From the NCBI GenBank assembly GCA_038044205.1, contig JBBTAN010000017.1, forward strand, positions 104,452 through 168,451: a DNA stretch of 64,000 bases. Direction: 5' to 3'. Origin of the DNA: Nanobdellota archaeon (GTDB lineage: Archaea > Nanobdellota > Nanobdellia > Pacearchaeales > GW2011-AR1). Made by a program: the position numbers and the translations under genes. Positions 59,800-64,000 of this stretch are shown piece by piece. Below the pieces are notes generated by a model. The model did no database searches, was not told the origin of the DNA, and was given only the letters and a program-made list of their open reading frames with translations. The number at the start of each line of letters is the position of its first letter. The stretch's first letter is position 1.

Positions 59800-60303
59800 T
59801 TAAATATTTACTATTTCTTTTTCTTTGATTATAGCACTATTTTTAGAATATGTCATTGATTTTTTAAGTATAGCCCGACATGAATCTAATATATCTCCTA
59901 AATTATTATCTGATATATTTTTATAGTCTAGAGAATGATAAGCATTATATAAAGATATGGCTTTATTTATTTTAGCTTCTAATTCTAATAACTCAAAAGG
60001 TTTTTTAATGACATCTAAAGCGCCTTTATTTAAAAATTTTACTTTTTCTTCTGTTTTTATTGTTTCGGCTGATATGACTATAACTATTGAACCGTTTGCG
60101 TTTCCTGATTGTAAGAATTGTCTTCCATCTTTACCTTCATTAAAATTAAGATCAAGTAATATTACTTGTGGACAGAACTCCATCATCATTGTCTCTGCTT
60201 CTTCTATGGATAGTGCTATCTTTAGTTTGTATTTATCTTTGAGAAAATTATCAAGCATTGTTCCAAGCATTTGGTCGTCATCTACTAACAACACTTTATC
60301 CAT
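59800..60303 (-). CDS. stand-alone response-regulator receiver (CheY-like) domain protein
   Basis: LLVDDD, ILLDLNF, IKKPF positions; SD-proximal ATG. Confidence 0.65.
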   Translation of the reverse strand: MDKVLLVDDDQMLGTMLDNFLKDKYKLKIALSIEEAETMMMEFCPQVILLDLNFNEGKDGRQFLQSGNANGSIVIVISAETIKTEEKVKFLNKGALDVIKKPFELLELEAKINKAISLYNAYHSLDYKNISDNNLGDILDSCRAILKKSMTYSKNSAIIKEKEIVNI

Positions 60304-60468
60304 AATTAGTTCCCCTTTTTCACGCAAATACTACACCGTAACTCATGTAATATTTTTCCATATATCTGTCATTATTTGATTCTGAAAATATTTTCTAATT
60401 TCCTGCAAAGAAATAATATAATATATTTGATTTCTTTTTATTTTTATTTTTTGATAAAGAGGAGAAAA

Positions 60469-61509
60469 ATGAATAAATGTATTGAAGTTATTAATGTTTT
60501 AGCTCCAACTAGGATTTGTGACTGCGGCGGTTGGACAGATACTTGGTTTGCGGGTCATGGGAAAGTATTCAATATAGCAGTTTATCCTTGTGCGGAAGTT
60601 CAATTGAAAATATTCAATGAACTTTTTGAGAATGGTAAAAGAGTTGTAATACATGCTGAAAATTATGGAGATAGATACGCATTAGATCTTAATGGAGATG
60701 GTTTTGATAGGCATCCTTTATTAGAAGCAGCAATAAAATATATGGGCATTCCTGAAAACATAGCTATAGAAGCTAATATATATAGCGAGATGCCTGTAGG
60801 TTGCTCCGTAGGCACGTCTGCAGCCGTCACAGTGGCTATGATAGCTGCACTTGATGCTATTACGCCAGGTAGGATGAGTGCCCATGAAATAGCCCTTGCT
60901 GCACAAAAAATAGAAACAGAGATGTTGGGTCAACAATGCGGCATACAGGACCAGATTTGTAGTGCTTATGGTGGTATTTGTTACATGGATATGTACCAAT
61001 ACCCCCATGCTTCAGTTAGTAAATTAAATATACCACAGGACTTTAGATGTGAATTAGAAAGAAGACTTGCTCTTATTTATTTAGGTAAAAGCCATTCTTC
61101 TTCTGCTATCCATAAAGAAGTAATAGAATTATTAGAAAAGGGTAATGATGCTCAACAGAGACTTGAGCCTCTTAGAAAGTCTGCTGAACATGCTAAAAAT
61201 GCTGTAACTAATTGTGATTTTCAAGGTTTAGCTATGGCTATGAATCTAAATACACAGGCGCAAGAATCATTACATGGTAAATTAGTAAGCGATAAAGCTT
61301 GGAAAGTAATAAATATAGTTAAAAATTATGGAATTTGTGGTATTAAAGTAAATGGAGCAGGTGGAGATGGGGGTTCATTAACTATTCTTTGTGATGAATC
61401 ATCCCATAAAAAAAGAGAAATGTTAAAAGAAATAGAAAAACAAGTAACTGGGTGTATTTCGATTCCTATTTATATCAATGACAATGGTGTGAGAGTTTGG
61501 AAAAGTTAG
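60469..61509 (+). CDS. GHMP-family sugar kinase (HddA/fucokinase-like)
   Basis: CDCGGWTD N-terminal motif, PVGCSVGTSAAVTVAMIAAL motif II; SD-proximal ATG. Confidence 0.7.
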   Translation: MNKCIEVINVLAPTRICDCGGWTDTWFAGHGKVFNIAVYPCAEVQLKIFNELFENGKRVVIHAENYGDRYALDLNGDGFDRHPLLEAAIKYMGIPENIAIEANIYSEMPVGCSVGTSAAVTVAMIAALDAITPGRMSAHEIALAAQKIETEMLGQQCGIQDQICSAYGGICYMDMYQYPHASVSKLNIPQDFRCELERRLALIYLGKSHSSSAIHKEVIELLEKGNDAQQRLEPLRKSAEHAKNAVTNCDFQGLAMAMNLNTQAQESLHGKLVSDKAWKVINIVKNYGICGIKVNGAGGDGGSLTILCDESSHKKREMLKEIEKQVTGCISIPIYINDNGVRVWKS

Positions 61510-61557
61510 AAGGAATATATTTATTTATTTTTGAATAGAAAATAAAGGAATAAGTAT

Positions 61558-61755
61558 ATGTGGTATAAAAGATTTCAAGGCACTATAGAAATGTCCATTC
61601 CAGAGGAAGAGACAGGTCAATATATAGATGAGAATTTAATTCCTCGTCAATCTGATGCTGATAATACAGAAAGTGAAAATGCTGACCAGTATGGTTTAGA
61701 AAGAGAATTAAATAAGTTAAGAGGTGTCAAAAGACAATTAAAAAGGAAAATTTAA
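61558..61755 (+). CDS. small protein with MWYKRF N-terminus
   Basis: 65 aa. Confidence 0.5.
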   Translation: MWYKRFQGTIEMSIPEEETGQYIDENLIPRQSDADNTESENADQYGLERELNKLRGVKRQLKRKI

Positions 61756-62064
61756 ATGCCTGAAGAAAAAAAAGAACCAGAACCTGTTACTGCAAAGGAA
61801 CCTGAAAAAGCATCATGGAATCATATATCTATGGTCAATGATGGAAAGTTGATGAAAGCATTTATAGATGGTAAAGAAGTTTTTTGCACAAATCAAGAGA
61901 AGATTGCAGAAGTTAGTAAAGAAATAAAAGAAGAAGTTAAAGTAGAGGAAAAGGCTAAACCTAATTATGCTGGAACTAATTATGTTCCTCTTTCTGGCTC
62001 TGGTAGAGTATCAACTAAATTTCTAACTGGATTTTTAGGAAAGAAAAATGAAAACAAACGATAG
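61756..62064 (+). CDS. hypothetical protein
   Basis: 102 aa, adjacent to previous stop. Confidence 0.5.
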   Translation: MPEEKKEPEPVTAKEPEKASWNHISMVNDGKLMKAFIDGKEVFCTNQEKIAEVSKEIKEEVKVEEKAKPNYAGTNYVPLSGSGRVSTKFLTGFLGKKNENKR

Positions 62065-62392
62065 ATTCATTAAAATATTTTCTTCTTTAGCTGATAATCT
62101 AATTAAAGAATCAATGGATTCTAATAAAAAGTGTAACAGAGATTTTGTTTTCCCTCCAATTGGTAAAGATAAAAGAGGGCATTATCCTTTAGGTCCAAGT
62201 CCTTTATGCGGAAAGAAAGCCAGAGAAAGAGCAAGTAAATGTAAGACTATAACTGACTGGATGAAAACAAGAGGATTGACCTGTGAAAAATTAAAAAAAT
62301 TAGTCAATCAAAAAGCGATGAGTTCAGGTAAGAAAAAGAATATTTTTGCACCTCAAAAACAAGTTCCAAATATTCCACCAAAACCAGTATAA
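62048..62392 (+). CDS. hypothetical basic protein
   Basis: 114 aa. Confidence 0.5.
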   Translation: MKTNDRFIKIFSSLADNLIKESMDSNKKCNRDFVFPPIGKDKRGHYPLGPSPLCGKKARERASKCKTITDWMKTRGLTCEKLKKLVNQKAMSSGKKKNIFAPQKQVPNIPPKPV

Positions 62393-62393
62393 T

Positions 62394-62675
62394 TTATTCG
62401 TCTTCTATTTTCCTATAGCCTAGTTTCCATAGGAATTTACCAATGTCTTCTGCGGAATTAGTTACTGTTTCTTCTTCCAAATTCCAAAATAAAGCATGAA
62501 GTGCTTCGTGAATAAATACTTCTAATTTTCTTTTAGGATTTAATTTTTCTTTTATTACTATTGTTTTCTTTTTTGTGGAGGGATCGTCACAAGAACCATC
62601 TGAACTATCTGTCCTATTTGATAATTTTATTTCATATAACTTTTTGTTGAATTTATGAAAAAATAATTTTTTCAT
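62394..62675 (-). CDS. small HExxH protein (minimal metallopeptidase-like)
   Basis: FIHEALHALF; strong SD. Confidence 0.5.
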   Translation of the reverse strand: MKKLFFHKFNKKLYEIKLSNRTDSSDGSCDDPSTKKKTIVIKEKLNPKRKLEVFIHEALHALFWNLEEETVTNSAEDIGKFLWKLGYRKIEDE

Positions 62676-62741
62676 TTATTTCTCCTTAATATATAATTAT
62701 TAATAAAATATATTTATTCCTCTTTTTGTAAGGAACGAGAA

Positions 62742-63239
62742 ATGAACATTATATATAATAATCTTTGTAAATTGACTATTGATTTGCAGTTACATCGAGA
62801 CCAAGGTAAAAAGATAGGATTGGTAAATGGAACTTTTAATATAATTAAACCAGATCATATTGATTTATTTTTATATACCAAGAGTTTGTGTGATATATTG
62901 ATAGTTGGAGTGAATAATGAATCTTTTCTAAAAAGAAATAATAAGAAAACAATTTACAGTTCGTCAGATAGAGCATGTATAATAAATAACATAAAGTCTG
63001 TTGATTATGTTTTAGTTGGTCCTAGTTCTGGTTGTAATGAGTGGAACAATGAAATATTAGAATTATGTCCTGATATATTAGTTAAAGGAATAAATTATAC
63101 TATTGATGATGTAGAAGGAGGAGAAAAAGAAGCCTGTGAGAGAGTTGGATGTAAATTATATATTATGAATAAAAATAATAGTTCTTCTGTTTATTTTAAT
63201 GATATAAAACATGTTGTTCCTAAAGTGAACTGGAGATAA
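62742..63239 (+). CDS. cytidylyl/adenylyltransferase-fold protein (RfaE domain II-like) with degenerate HxGH
   Basis: GLVNGTFNIIKPDHIDLF aligns to NGCFD.LH.GH; ILIVGVNNESF. Confidence 0.5.
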   Translation: MNIIYNNLCKLTIDLQLHRDQGKKIGLVNGTFNIIKPDHIDLFLYTKSLCDILIVGVNNESFLKRNNKKTIYSSSDRACIINNIKSVDYVLVGPSSGCNEWNNEILELCPDILVKGINYTIDDVEGGEKEACERVGCKLYIMNKNNSSSVYFNDIKHVVPKVNWR

Positions 63240-63241
63240 TT

Positions 63242-63640
63242 ATGCCTAATTATTTATATTTATGTAATTCCTGTGAAAAAGAATTTAATATTTTTCATTC
63301 TTTTAAGGAGAAGTGTGAGAAATGTCCTGAATGCAATAGTAAAAAGATAGAGAGATTGATTACTGCTTGTGCTATATCTATAAAGGGTCATGAGAATCCT
63401 GACAAGGACAGAGGATATACGGGAAAACATCGAGAATTGGTAAATAAGTTAAAAAATAAGTCTTATAGAGATGGTAGAAGGAATGAAATGAAAGAAAACG
63501 CCAAGTTGAATGATGCTATTAAAAACTTTGCGAAGATGCAAGAAATTGGTAAGACTATGACAAAAGAAGAAAAAGAGAAGATAAAAAAGGAGTATGGTAT
63601 TGATAAGAATAATATTAAAGTTAAAGGGAGAAATATATGA
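63242..63640 (+). CDS. FmdB-family zinc-ribbon protein
   Basis: MPNYLYLCNSCEKEF...CPECNSKKIERLI. Confidence 0.65.
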   Translation: MPNYLYLCNSCEKEFNIFHSFKEKCEKCPECNSKKIERLITACAISIKGHENPDKDRGYTGKHRELVNKLKNKSYRDGRRNEMKENAKLNDAIKNFAKMQEIGKTMTKEEKEKIKKEYGIDKNNIKVKGRNI

Positions 63641-63993
63641 TAATTAAAGGCCCGACTACTTTGACTGCTGCTGAAATTGGTCAAAGAGAAGCAAAAATGG
63701 TTTATGGTATAAGGGTGGAGGATGGTGAAAAGTGGTATTGCGTTGATAGTTATGTTCATCCATTAGGTTATGCTGATATTCATATTACTCCATATAAAGT
63801 AACAATAAGATTAAGGATAAATGCTACTGGTCCGAAGAGGCATTTAATTAAGTGGAAGACAGATAAAAAGAGTACATTAGAAGAAATAAGAAAAGATGTT
63901 CTTGAGACTGTCGTTCCTAAATTATTACATATATTTAATAGATATATGGGGGACAGTAAAATTCCTTTATTAGGATCCACAGATTTAGCTTGA
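63637..63993 (+). CDS. hypothetical protein
   Basis: 118 aa, ATGA overlap. Confidence 0.5.
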   Translation: MIIKGPTTLTAAEIGQREAKMVYGIRVEDGEKWYCVDSYVHPLGYADIHITPYKVTIRLRINATGPKRHLIKWKTDKKSTLEEIRKDVLETVVPKLLHIFNRYMGDSKIPLLGSTDLA

Positions 63994-64000
63994 GGAATAA

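Noticed and set aside
26986-60416. Shared 14-mer TTCCTGCAAAGAAA at 26986 (IS left end region) and 60403
   Set aside because: This is a single short match in AT-rich DNA with no extended flanking similarity, so it is probably chance.

Overview
AT-rich (about 30% G+C by eye), gene-dense sequence. Nearly every ORF has a GGAGA-type Shine-Dalgarno, so the host is bacterial. Dozens of tiny ORFs, five interspersed tRNAs, collagen-like and serine-rich fibre proteins and an insertion sequence make it read like part of a very large bacteriophage or phage-like element. No capsid, portal or terminase gene lies in the window, so that assignment is an inference. (i) 0-21 kb is entirely + strand. It holds small ORFs (Zn-ribbon, membrane-peptide and tandem-paralog families), tRNA-Leu/Lys/Arg/Lys/Glu and long non-coding stretches with structured elements. 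Genes are organised as terminator-promoter-leader-gene cassettes carrying 15 copies of a bipartite motif, TGCCCGGA-N20-TATT-N7-G. Several of these cassettes are compositionally foreign and GC-rich. (ii) 17-32 kb holds a second family of ~46-nt degenerate intergenic repeats, two small radical-SAM genes, an ankyrin-like repeat protein, a tnpB-only IS200/IS605-type element with matching end hairpins, a truncated methyltransferase, a 7x zinc-finger array protein and a doubly frameshifted MGWYK gene. (iii) 32-64 kb holds a DNA methyltransferase and a translationally coupled glycosylation/methylation operon. It also holds three fibre-like proteins sharing one N-terminal domain (two with collagen G-X-Y tracts) and a KamA / secreted protease / amidoligase / Cys-rich-peptide cluster. 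Two paralogous giant proteins follow (GC-rich beta-helix head plus up to ~960 residues of serine-rich repeats, one with a LamG insert). The segment ends with a GT4 glycosyltransferase, an orphan receiver domain, a GHMP sugar kinase and a degenerate nucleotidyltransferase. The best candidates for something undescribed are the TGCCCGGA promoter/cassette system, the serine-rich fibres with a self-encoded glycosylation toolkit, and the KamA-amidoligase-Cys-peptide cluster. All domain calls come from motif recognition by eye, with no searches run.
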